In this document: in pieces, positions 14,521-25,328 of the stretch
How the letters are laid out: every line of letters begins with the position of its first letter
Numbering within the stretch: position 1 is the first letter of the stretch
From: Lama guanicoe
Taxonomy: Eukaryota
Direction: 5' to 3'
Length of the DNA stretch: 64,000 nt
NCBI GenBank assembly: GCA_013239625.1
Contig: MU053513.1
Span: 330,370-394,369 of the forward strand
The notes under the pieces: generated by a model
The model's input: the letters and a program-made list of their open reading frames with translations, nothing else
Told to the model about the DNA's origin: nothing
Database searches by the model: none
Translations under genes and position numbers: made by a program

Positions 14521-15061
14521 CTTGGGGAAGCAATAAATATTTTAAATGTGTGAGAATGAGTAACATGCATATTTAATGAAAAATAAAGTGGACTGTGGCA
14601 TCTGAGTGTCACAAGATCCTTATCTTCTTCTTCCAGTCCATGAAATTAGACTTTATTTTCCAGGCTTTATTGTAGCTATGTGTGGTGATGTGACTGGATT
14701 CTAATCAATGGAATGTGAGGGGACACACGTGCACCAACCACTTCTAGGTCGGCCATAAAAATCTCCAATACATGACCCCTCTTTCTCACTCTTTATTCCC
14801 TGTCCATGCATTTCTCTATGAGTTTATTTGAATTACCACTTTAAAGGTAGCCACCCAGGAATTCCAAGTGATGGGAAACACTAGCACTGGACTGATGAAC
14901 GATTAATTAGAGGAGCACTCTGGCTGCAAGATGGAAAATGCCTTGGGAGTAGGTAATAAAAGGTGTAGTGAGACGAACTGAAAAAGCCTTGGTGTAATAG
15001 AAATTACGGTGAAGGAAATTTTGAAGATGGCGTTAGGCACTGTCAAAAGCTGCTGAAAAGT

Positions 15062-16389
15062 TGCATTTGTTTCCTAGGAATGCTGTAACAAATCACTGCA
15101 AACTGGATGACTTAAAACAACAAAAAATGTTAAAATCACAGTTCTGAAGGCTAGTAGTCCAAAATCAAAGAACAGGCCCACCCTCCACAGCCCTTCTGGT
15201 GTCTTGAGATACTTTCAGAATCATTCTTCTCTTATCTTGAAGGCTGACATGTGTTTGTAGCTAAATAACCCTGTCAGTCATTTCCTGCTTATAGAATCCC
15301 AGAAATCCAACAACCTTCTGTCGTATCTTCCCATCTCTGTTCCTTTCAGTTCAAACTGGCAGCATTTCTACTGATGTGGCTGACTGGGTCCACGAGTCAC
15401 ATGTCTAAAGCTCTGTTCTCTCCAGAGTATGCTTTATCATTTTTCATAATATAAATTGGCTGAGAATTTTTTAAACCCTCCAGTTTTAGTCTCTATTGGC
15501 TTTATGGTTTCTTACTTAATTTCTTTCTTTCCTTTCATATTTTGCTATATGCAGCAAGGAGTAACTACTCTTTGCCTTCTACACTTTACTTGGAAATCCT
15601 CTAAGCTAAATACACACATTCATCAACTACCAATTCTGCTTTCTTTATCTCAGCAATAAAACAGAATTCAGCCAAATTTTCTGCCAATTTATAATGAGGA
15701 TCACTTTTACATAGATATTTCCAAAAGCACGTTCCTCATTTCATCTGGGATCCTCAGCAGAAGCAGCTTGAGCATCCTTAGTTCTACCAACAGTCTCTTC
15801 ACAGCAATTTGTTTTTTTTTCTATCTTGCACATCAAAATTCTTCCAGCGTCTACCCATCACCCTATTCCAAAGCTATTTCTGCATTTGGAGATATTTATC
15901 ATGGCAGTGCCCCACTTCCTGGTTTCAAAATCTCAATTAGTCTTCGATGGCTGCCATAACAAATGAATGCAAGCTGGGAGGCTTAAAACAACAGAAATTT
16001 TTTAATTTCTAGAGGCTTTAGAGACTACAAGCCCAAAACCAAGGTGCGGGCAGGGCTATGCTCCCTCTACGGCTCAAGAGGAGGATCTGTTACACTCCAA
16101 GCTCTCAGCTTCTGCTGGTGTTCTCACACTTGGTGTGCTTCAACTTGGGGATGCCTCAGTCCTGTCTCAGCTCCATCATCCAGTGGTGGTCTCTCTCTGC
16201 CGTATCTGTGTCTCCTCTTCTGATAAGGACACCTGTCGTATTTGATTATGGCCCACATTAAGTCAGAATATCCTTATCTTCACTTGATTACATCTGCAGT
16301 GACTCTATTTCCGTAGAAGGTGACATTCACAGTTACTAGGGTTAGGACTTAACATACATTTTTTGGGTGACACAAGTCAATCCATAACA
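15062..16389 (-). mobile_element. MaLR (MLT1C-like) element: LTR fragment, internal segment and full LTR
   Basis: Two reverse-oriented MLT1 LTR ends (GCTGTAACAAAT..CTTAAAACAAC at ~15080 and GCCATAACAAAT..CTTAAAACAAC at ~15950) flank MLT1-int-like sequence. The full LTR spans ~15933-16389. Confidence 0.8.
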
Positions 16390-17296
16390 CGTTAACAAAG
16401 AAAAGGTCTAATTCATTTCATTGGGTTTAGTAATATAAAAATTATTGGTCACCTTGGAAAAAGCAATTAATACATGTTAGGTTATATAAGAATTGATAAT
16501 GTTATGTGATGACCAAAATAGATAATGTAACTTAAGATACATTATTACAATTACATTATTAAAGGAAAAGACTGATAATATCCTATGCTAATTTTTACTG
16601 GTCAAATATGCATACATCACTGAATTTGATGCTGGCATCACAATTTTAGAGAGTCTAGGGGAGTGACTAGCATAGTTATGCCTGGAAACAGTGATATATT
16701 TAAAAATAATGTGTTTAGACTGGAAAAGACACAATTTAAGAGTGTTTGATAGCTATTTTTGATAGCTGTCTCTGATACTTGATAAACTAGCATATAGTTG
16801 AGAGATTAGGTTGATCCCATTGTAACTTCAGGAGACTGAGTTACACTGAATGTAGGCAAATACTTCACCTCAATAGGAGAAAGAATTTAATCATTATAGT
16901 GCCTAAAAAATGAAATATGCTTACTTAAATGACAGCAAACTCTACCTGAGTAACTTCCAACCAGGACTCACCAATTGAAATTTGGAGTCATTATAAAAGG
17001 AAGTCATATAGCAAATAAAAATTAGATTATATTATCTTTAAATTCTCTCAAACCATGTATCCTCCTGTTTTTCAAAAATTAAGATGGCTTAAGCCTATGG
17101 TTAGCTGTTAAAAATTAGATAATAGTCATAGAAACATATACATTCCCTTCTATTGGCTATCACTGGACAATCTTTATCCAATTCATGGAATATCTATGCT
17201 AAATTTATTTCTAATTTGGCTAACATTTAATTAGCTATAGTCTAATTCTTTGACTATGTTTATTCTCGTACTTTTAGTTCATTTTCTTTACCTTAA

Positions 17297-17852
17297 TGTT
17301 AGGCAGTTAGATAAGTGGGGCCACTGAGCAGATAAAGTGGAGGAGAGGGAGGAAGGTCCGGAAGATAGCGATGTGCCTGCTTCCAGCATAAGGGGCTTTA
17401 CTTCCTCTAAATGAGTGCCGGCAAGAAACCGGTCAGGACCAGACAGCCTTGACTGCACTGTATCAACATGGACCCAACTGGACATGACCCAGTGCTCATT
17501 GTAATATAATTAACATTGGCATTTAGGCTTCCTCCATGCCCCTATAGGTTTTTCTGTGTGCATCATGGTAAGGATGTACTTTAAAGTGGACAGGCATGAC
17601 TCAGCACTCCAGGGTCAAGAGCTGTCACTCAACCAAGAGACCACCCCTAAGCAAGGGTATAAAACAGGGGACCAAGAAAAACTCAGGCTGCTATAGTCTC
17701 TTGGATCAGCCCACCTCCTGCACTCGGAGGTGTACTTTTGCTTTGTAAATAAAATCTTTAAAATCTTTCCCTGCACAAAGCTTTCATCTCCCATCTGAAT
17801 TCTTCTCTTTCAGGTGAGACGAGACCTGAAGCCCTCTGCTTTGGGGGTAACA
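17297..17852 (+). mobile_element. Solo ERV1-type LTR
   Basis: TGTTA...TAACA termini, TATAAAA at 17658-17664, AATAAA at 17748-17753, GC-richer than its flanks. No clean TSD. Confidence 0.8.
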
Positions 17853-18105
17853 AGAACACTTACTTCTTTAATATTTGTCTATTGCTCATACTGTAATTTC
17901 TATAGCAGTTTGGACCATATCTGTTTTGATCAAAGCTCTCGGTTCTGTTTTTACGTTCTGTCTGATGTATAAAAGCTATACAACACATTTTTGTAAATAA
18001 CAAATGTTTAATTTTATTTGATTCAAGAAGTTTTGATCAGCAGTCATTCGAGCAACTCTTATAAACAATTGTGATAGTTTTCTGTTGTTTTCCTGCATAT
18101 GGAAT

Positions 18106-18463
18106 TGTTACTGGAAAAAGGTAAATAAGAATTCCCTCTGTTCTTAGTTACCCAAAAAAAAGAATTTTTGATGAGAGACAGAAAGCATGATATAAGCAAG
18201 ATTTTTACTAGTGAAGTTAAAAAAAAGATAGTGAAAGATAGTACACTCCCAAGAATTGGGAGCGGGCCAACCAAAGAGAGGGAAAATGGTGCTGTTCCTT
18301 TGTTTTTACTGTTTTCATATCCTGGTTTTGTGACTGATTGATTGACAACTCAGGTTCCCTGCACTCTGGTTAATTGACAGCTGAGGTTCCTTGTGTTCTG
18401 GGTTGTTCCTTTTGCCTTCCTCTCCCCCTGTCCAGTGCCCACTTCTATCTAAACTACCTCACA
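18106..18463 (-). repeat. 3' LTR of the provirus
   Basis: Direct repeat of 22091-22417, immediately preceded on the minus strand by the PPT. Carries an extra ~32-bp U3 unit. Confidence 0.95.
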
Positions 18464-18475
18464 TTCCCCCCTCTT
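18464..18475 (-). other. Polypurine tract
   Basis: Minus strand AAGAGGGGGGAA directly abutting the 3' LTR TG. Confidence 0.9.
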
Positions 18476-18699
18476 GTCATAGGACCCCAAATCTTTGGGG
18501 CATAGAGGGCGACAACCGCTCTAGCTACTTCCTGCTGATCTGGGATGATGATGGAGCTTGTTGGAGTCCCAGACTAGCTGGCTGTCACTGGGCAGGTGGG
18601 GAGCACAGAGTCGATGTCCATTGAGGCACTTGTAGAAAAGCTGTCTTGGTTGATTGGCTGATTACCTTGTTGTATAGCCGTTTGAAGTTTGACTTGGAG
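18476..18699 (-). pseudogene. env: Env cytoplasmic-tail remnant and 3' untranslated region
   Basis: VKLQTAIQQGNQPI (starting at 18693) resembles the gamma-type TM tail xKLQMVxQQGYQP. It is followed by the ERV1 pre-PPT motif CAGCAGGAAGTAGCTAGAGCGGT. Confidence 0.65.
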
Positions 18700-18701
18700 T
18701 G

Positions 18702-18746
18702 TTGCTTGAAAAGCAGTTGCAGATCGCTAAGAGGTTCACAAGAATA
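18702..18746 (-). pseudogene. pol: Extreme C-terminus of the ERV integrase
   Basis: YSCEPLSDLQLLFKQ resembles the recalled YSCEPLEDLxLLFK end of ERV9/HERV-W-type Pol. Confidence 0.75.
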
Positions 18747-18750
18747 TGTG

Positions 18751-20040
18751 GCTCCCATCAGTGAACCAGATCTAATCAAGGTTTTCCAGGGGTTGTTCGG
18801 TGAGATCTGTTCTAGCTCTTAAAGAAATGGATAGGGTCTAGTGAAATAGGCGAAAGGGAAGAGACTCGTCTGGTGATGGTAATAGTGTAGCAGGATTGAG
18901 TGTCCCACAAATGGAGACAGTGGCATCTGGGTTTTCCAATAATAATACCTGATATTTAAGAAACCGAGTATCTGAGACCCAGAAATATCCCTTGCCTTTT
19001 AAAAGATCAGAAACTTGGTGGTTAGCATATGCTTGTATAGGGGCCCCCAAAATTAGCTTAAAAGCTTCCTCCAGGAGAGTGGAGAGGGGTCCCAACACTC
19101 TTAGGCAGGAAGACCAGCCTCAAGCAGTGAGATCTAGCCACTTGGAGAGGTATCCCATAGGCTGTTGGGTAGGACCAGCATTGGGTGAGGACCCCCAAGG
19201 CGATACCTCCTCTGTCATGAACATGTAACGGGAAGGGCCTTGTCAGTTCTGGAAGCCCCAAAGCTGGGGATCTTGCTAGGAGACTTTTAAATTCTTCCAT
19301 TGCTTCCTGTTGGGAAGGTCCCCACTGGAGAGGTGCTGAGTCATCCTTACCCTTTAAATTGTCACATAGAGGTTGGGCTACAGACCCACAGTGAGGGATC
19401 CAAAGCCTACAGTAACCTGTTAGTCTGAGAAATGCCCTGAGCTGTTTCCGAGTAGTGGGATTAGGGAGTTGTAAGATCCCCTGAATCCATTCAGGGCAAA
19501 GGCTAAGGTTTCCAGGAGTCAGGACAACTCCTAGATAAGTTACCTCTTTGATCGTTTTGACCTTGGACCTGGAAACTTGATATCCCTGCTCAGCCAAGAA
19601 GTTAAGAGTTTGGACTGCATGCTGGATGGCCTGCTCTCCAGTAAGGGAGCAGATAAGTAAGTCACCTACATACTGGAGAATAGTCCCCTTTTCAGGCTGT
19701 AAGCCCTGTAAATCCTGGGCCAAAGCTTGCCCAAAGAGGCGAGGACTGTCTCCAAACCCCTGCGGTCGTGCTGTCCAGGGGAGCTGGCGTTGATACCCAC
19801 TGGGTGAGTCCCACTGAAAGGCAGGCAAGTATTGGGGCTGGGGACTACGGGGTACACGGGAGAAAGCAGCTTTAGCTCTAAGGTCATGGACTGCTGGGCT
19901 CCAGGAGGTATGCTTTCGGTGACACACAGCGGTGTGGACCCCCGGGATGAAGAGGCCTTACAGCCGCATTTATGACTGTTAAATTTTGGACTAGTCTCTG
20001 GACTCCATCCTTCTTAATGACCAGAAGGACAGGTGTGCTG
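18751..20040 (-). pseudogene. pol: ERV pol: RT, connection domain and the first residues of RNase H
   Basis: TPVLLVIKKDG..RLVQNL; WTARPQGFGDSP; QYVGDLL (YxDD mutated to YVGD, 19672-19661); LRAFLRLTGYCRLWIP; LNPATLLP; DLTEQPLENLD*IWFTDGS (WFTDGS at 18768-18751). Confidence 0.95.
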
Positions 20041-20202
20041 CAGGATCTAGAGGAGAAGGGTCCGGAGAAGGAAGTCAGGGCAGAGTAGGTGGCCCCGGTA
20101 TCCAAAAGGAAAGTTACTGTCCTGCCTGCCACATCCATTTGTCCCTGTGGCTCCAGCCCAGTGATGGGGACCCTTGTGTTGGGGCTGACTGGAGGGGCTT
20201 CT
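20041..20202 (-). pseudogene. pro: ERV protease, N-terminal half only
   Basis: VAGRTVTFLLDTGATYSAL with the catalytic LDTGA at 20105-20091. The second GRD motif is absent. Confidence 0.9.
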
Positions 20203-21661
20203 TTAGTCCCAGACAACCATCTGCGGGTCTTGGGCCAGCTCTCCCCTACGGGCTGTTTGGCTCAGTGGACAGAGGGCCAACCAATGACCTTGCTTGTTAC
20301 ACCAAAAGCAGGCAGATCTTGGAGGTCTGTCCCTGTAAGGACATTTTTTGGCCCAGTGACCAGGTAGGTCGGTGGCAGATGCTGCACTTGTTGGTGGACT
20401 TACTCAGGCTGTTGGGGGCCGGGGACATCAGGACGGTGGCTGCCCTTGAGGGGCCGCAGTCACCTGGGCAGGCCTGGCCTCCTCCCTTCTTTCGTTCTCC
20501 TGAGCCTCGGCCTCTTGCACCTGCTCTCGATTATAAAACACTGTGGCAGCAGTGGTTAGCATCTCATCAAGAGTTGCTCCAGGTTTCTGGATCCCCTTTT
20601 GGAGTTTTCATCTAATATCAGAGGCAGACTGAGTGAGAAACTTACCCTTTGAGATGATTTGTCCCTCATATGAACTGAGGTCTAAGTTACTATACTTAGT
20701 AAGTGCCTTCTGGAGCCGCTCTAAAAAAGCAGTGGGGTTTTCTCCGGGCTCCTAACTAACAGCTAACACCTTAGAATAACTGATAACCTTCTGTCGGGCT
20801 GCCTAGAGTCCTGCCTTAACACAGATTAAAAAAAATGGTCCTTTTCCCAATTTTGGTTCAGGTCATTGAAATCCCATCTGGGGCCCCTGGGGTGAACAGC
20901 TGTTTCCCCTGTGGGGTACTTACCATTAGAAAGATGTGGATTGGCTGCATGTTTTCTGGCTGCTCTGAGAACCCTTTCCTTTTCTGTGTCAGATGGGGTT
21001 TGGCCAAGGATAATATTAACGTCTTTCCAAGTGAGATCATATGCCAGAGTGAGGTGCTGGAATGCCTCTGTATGTATCTGGGTTATCTGAATAGCTTCCC
21101 AGATCAGTCTTACTTGTCTCAGTTCTACCAGAGAGAACGGCTTATGTATGAATTGAGGATCAAATTCTTCACGTGTTTCTATCAGGGGGCAGGTCTTAGC
21201 TATCAGAGGTAATGGAGGAGCTGAAGGCAGTGTCTTTCCTGAGTTTGAAGGAAACGAAGGGTATATGGTAGGGAGAGAAGGGCAGGGCGTAGGTTTAGGA
21301 GAGTCCCCCTCCCTAGGGGGTGTCGGGGACAGTAGGTTATTAGATGTAGCCATTACCTGAGTGGTTAACTTACATCCTTCTGGGAGATCATTGCTGCCCC
21401 TCAGTAAGTAAAAAATATGAATGTATGGTATTTAAGACCATTTGCCTTGTCTCTTGCAGATGAGATCCAGCTGGAACAAGATGGTGAGTTTATGCCCCTG
21501 TTTATAGGCCATGCTTCCTCGCAGGGAAGTCGATACTGTGGCCAGACAGCACTACAAAGGAATGTAAGTGTTTTCTTTTGAGGCTTTGTAAATTAAAATG
21601 GTCCCAGTTGGCCAACACGCAGCCCAAAGGAGTCCCAGCAGGGACAGTCTTGGTTTCCCAC
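20203..21661 (-). pseudogene. gag: ERV gag (MA-CA-NC), frameshifted
   Basis: Start is GTG-GGA-AAC. MA motif TPLGCVLANWDHF..LKRK..AVWPQY; CA motifs KPFSLVEL and AYDLTWKDV; major homology region *EPGENPTAFLERLQKALTKY (~20695-20754). Two CCHC knuckles and a gag/pol junction WD*RSP with TAA at 20205-20203. Confidence 0.93.
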
Positions 21662-22065
21662 CTGAAAAACAAGGGGAGGATTCAGGGGGGGGTTTCAGAG
21701 CTTAGTGTCCTAAGGTGAAAGGCCCGTGGACTAGGCTGATGTCTCAGCCTCCGTCCACAACCAAATGCATCTGAGAGGGTAGCCGTGCATCAGCAGCGCC
21801 TAGCATCCTAGGGTCCTGATTCGGGGATGGAAGCTGACATCTCAGTCTCCCTCCAGAAAGCGGGAAACGGCCACAGCCTTACCGTGTGCCGAGTGTCTCC
21901 ATGGTCTGATTGGAATGATCTTTAGTTTAGCCAGTGGCTGGTCACCCTACCACGCCTTGTATTCTGGGTCCAGCTGCCACAATCAGCTCTAGAGCTTGTG
22001 CTCCGCTGGCTGGCCTATGGGAGGGAGAGGGAATTGAAGGAGGAAAGATTAGGTTTAAGCATGCA

Positions 22066-22083
22066 ATCCGAGTCATGACACCA
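22066..22083 (-). other. Primer-binding site, tRNA-His
   Basis: Minus strand TGGTGTCATGACTCGGAT versus the His PBS TGGTGCCGTGACTCGGAT (16/18, both differences are transitions), 7 nt from the 5' LTR. Confidence 0.9.
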
Positions 22084-22090
22084 AAATTAA

Positions 22091-22417
22091 TGTGACTGGG
22101 AAAAGGGAAATAATAAATAATTCCTTCGGTTCTTAGTCACCTGAAAAAAGAATTTTTCACAAGAGACAGAAAGCATGATATAAGCAAGACTTTTATCGGT
22201 GAATTAAAAAAAAATAGTGAAAGATGGTACACTCCTGAAAATTGGGAGCGGGCCAACCCAAGAGAGGACAAATGGTGCTGTTCCTTTGTTTTTCCTGTTT
22301 TTATATCCTGGCTTTGTGACTAATTGATTGACAGCTCAGGTTCCTTGTGTTCTGGGTCATTCCTTTCCCCTTCCTCTCCCCCTGCCGAGTGCTCATTTCT
22401 ACCTAAACAACCTAACA
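22091..22417 (-). repeat. 5' LTR of the provirus
   Basis: Direct repeat of 18106-18463, adjacent to the PBS. TATA-like GGATATAAAAAC on the minus strand near 22300. Confidence 0.95.
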
Positions 22418-22819
22418 GAATCAATGGCAGAGGAAAAATCAATGAGACTTTTTAAAAATTAACTTTTTTCCCAACATATTTATTGTTTAATTTTATTACC
22501 AAGTGAATATTTTATTGAAATTTTGAAAAACATGAAAATTCAAAAAGACAATAAATAAAACTGTCTATAATTTGAATTTTCTCACATAATAAATCACTTT
22601 TATTTTCATACACTTCTTTTTTAGAAACATACATGATTTTTATAGGTATGATTGTACCACATTTCATAATGTTTAATTTGGTATTCTGTAATGTCCAATA
22701 AAAATCATAGTACACTTTTTCACATTATTAAAACATTTAAACTGATGAAAATATTTCCTTGTCTCTTTTAAATAATTTTGCTATTTACTCAATAGTGAGG
22801 TTACTTCCAATTTTAATAG

Positions 22820-23400
22820 AACTTGTTTAATGAGTATATGGTGTCTACTGCTTTGAATATTTAAGGCACTATTCTAGTTGTTTGAATATAGAAGTACACA
22901 AAATAAGTCTTTCCCTAAATAAATTTATATTCTATGAGAGAGATAGTAAATAAACAAGACAATGGCCATGAATGGAATGAAAGAAACTAAGCAAAATGGC
23001 TTGATAGAGATCTGAGACGAAAAACATAGCAAAGTAGCCCCCATAGAAAAAGTCTAGGTTGAAACGTTCCGAAGAAAGAGAAGGGCAAGGTCAAATGCCC
23101 CTAGCTCTCAGTAGCTTTATTTTTTCAGACAAAGAAAATTTAAGAGCCTGGAGCACAGCAGACAATGGTGACCTTAGAGTGGTCTGAGGGCATCAGAGAA
23201 TGTAGGACACGCTGTGGCTCCTGTTAAGAAGTTTGAATTTTATTTTAAGTGAGATAAAAATCCATTAGAGGATTTAATAAAGGTGTGGCATTACCTGATT
23301 TATTGTTTTAGAAGCTAAATTCTCTGCCCTACAGTGAAGAGTTAAGGGCGCCAGCAGAAACAGGGAGACCAGTTAGGAGGTACTGAAGTCATTTACGATT
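22820..23400 (-). mobile_element. L2 fragment
   Basis: Antisense L2 3' motifs including TAAGGCACTATTCTAG, GAAGTTTGAATTTTATTTTAAG and GGGAGACCAGTTAGGAGG. Confidence 0.65.
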
Positions 23401-24816
23401 AAAGGCAGAGATGGAACTAGTTCTCTGCATAAAATCAGGAGCCATAAAAACTTTAGTCTGTCTATGAGATCTGCGTTAGAAACAACCTGCTCTGCTGTTC
23501 AAGGGTCCACATGAAACCATTCAGACAGTCCTGGGGCTAGAGTCCCTAGTTAGGAAGGGGAAATGCAAGATCTCATTATCTTTATAGGAATAGAACCTCT
23601 AGCCCAGACTGTGACATGAAAATTTTCTCAGTACATGGCTGAAGTAAAAATGAGATACAATTAAAAGGAGACCTAGGTCACATGCAAATCCTCAAGTAAG
23701 ATGAGCTCACTAGCAAATTTATAACCCACCAAAAAAAAAAAAAAGGCAAGCATTTGATGAGTCAATGAAGAGAACAAATAAAAGGTTTAAAACCAAAAAT
23801 CTAGATTATAGAGCAACTTAAAAATAACCTAAAAAGAGTTTATCAAATATTATGAAATGAGTCAGCCTTATTTTATTCAACTTTTTTTCATAGATTAAGA
23901 AGACAGAGAAAGTTACTCATTTCATTTTTGGGAGGTAATATGACATTAAGTGGGAAAAAATTAAATTATTTAATAATTATTTGGCAATGATTGAAAAAAC
24001 ATGCAAATTAAACTGTAAGTGAAAACAGATAATAAAATGAAATTAAAAGTATAGTTTAATTTCATTTATAAAATTAGATAAAATATTCTTAAATTAAAGA
24101 ATTACTAAATCAAATTCTACACTGTATAAAAATAGTAATATATGATGACCAAGAATGACTTATCTCAGTAATGTAAAAATAATTCAATATTAAAAATTCT
24201 ATTAACATAATTTTCCACATTACATAATGTCCCATATTATCGGGTTAAAATTAATAATAATAATAATAACAATAACAACAGCAACAACACAGCAAAATAA
24301 TCAGGAAAGATATAAATAAAAAATTGGACAAAAGCAATAACCATTCTAGGTAAATACTTGGAAAACCAGGAATAGAAGGTACCATCCTTCACCTGTGAGC
24401 TAGGCCATATCTTGATGCTTATTCAGATTTAGTACTGGAGAGAATGAGAACTTGATCTCATTTATGGTTATTTTCATTTTATTTTATTCCCACGTTAACC
24501 AACCAGCAATGTAAAAGATAGAAATGAAATTAAAGATACATGACATACATGAGTTCATCCCAAATAGCCTCATGCCTCTTAATTGTTATATGGACACACT
24601 TGATGTAAGGTGGCCTTTGTCTGGTTTATTCAAAAAGCTCAGAAAATGGGTTCTGTATTGATCCCCTTTTAGTCTATGGCTGAGAATCACCAGCTCTCCT
24701 CACAAGAATAACTTGAGGTTTTGGTGCAGTAGGCAGGGATAGTCCACCAGAATCTGATAAAGGAAATTTCTAAAAAAAATTACTAGATACTTAACGTTAA
24801 ATATTAAAAGGGTTTA

Positions 24817-25328
24817 AGATATGGAAGCAACCTAAGTGTCCATCAACAGATGAATGGATAAAGAAAATGTGGTATATGTACACAATGGACTATTACTCAG
24901 CCATAAAAAAGAATGAAATTCTGCCATTTGTAATAGTGTAGATGGATCTGAATAATATTAAGCTTAGAGAAATAAGTCAAACAAAGACAAATATTGTATG
25001 TTATCACTTAGATGTGGAATCTAAAAACTAAAACAAATGAATGTATATAACAAAGCAGAAACAGACTCATAAATATTGAGAACAAACTAGTGGATATCAG
25101 TAAGGAGAGGGAAGGGAAGAGGGGAAAAATACTGGTGTGGGATTAAGAGATACAAACTACTATGTATAAAATAGATAAAGAATGGGGAAATATAGTTGTT
25201 ATCTTTTAATAACTTTAAATGGAGTATAGTTTATAAAAAATATTGAATCATTATGCTGTACACCTGAAACTAGTATAATATTGCAAATCAACTGTACTTC
25301 AATAAAAAGTAAATAATTTAAAAAAAAG
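24817..25328 (+). mobile_element. L1 3' end nested in an older L1M
   Basis: AAGATATGGAAGCAACCTAAGTGTCCATCAACAGATGAATGGATAAAG through TACTTCAATAAAAA and an A-rich tail. Confidence 0.9.

Larger units (their letters stand above)
18106..22417 (-). mobile_element. Endogenous retrovirus, class I (ERV1, HERV-H/F-like), internally deleted provirus
   Basis: Two homologous TG..CA LTRs, 4-bp TSD GAAT (18102-18105 and 22418-22421), PBS-His, PPT, and degenerate gag/pro/pol with fragments of IN and env. Confidence 0.97.

Noticed and set aside
19058..19927. 289-aa RT ORF as a domesticated or active reverse transcriptase
   Set aside because: The catalytic YxDD is YVGD, both ends are frameshifted, and RNase H and integrase are largely deleted.
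20139..21212. Plus-strand ORFs of 158 and 125 aa
   Set aside because: Antisense shadows of ERV gag with no independent coding signal.
24392..24455. 42-nt minus-strand segment with good acceptor and donor
   Set aside because: Stops in all three frames; at most a non-coding exon, which cannot be supported from sequence alone.
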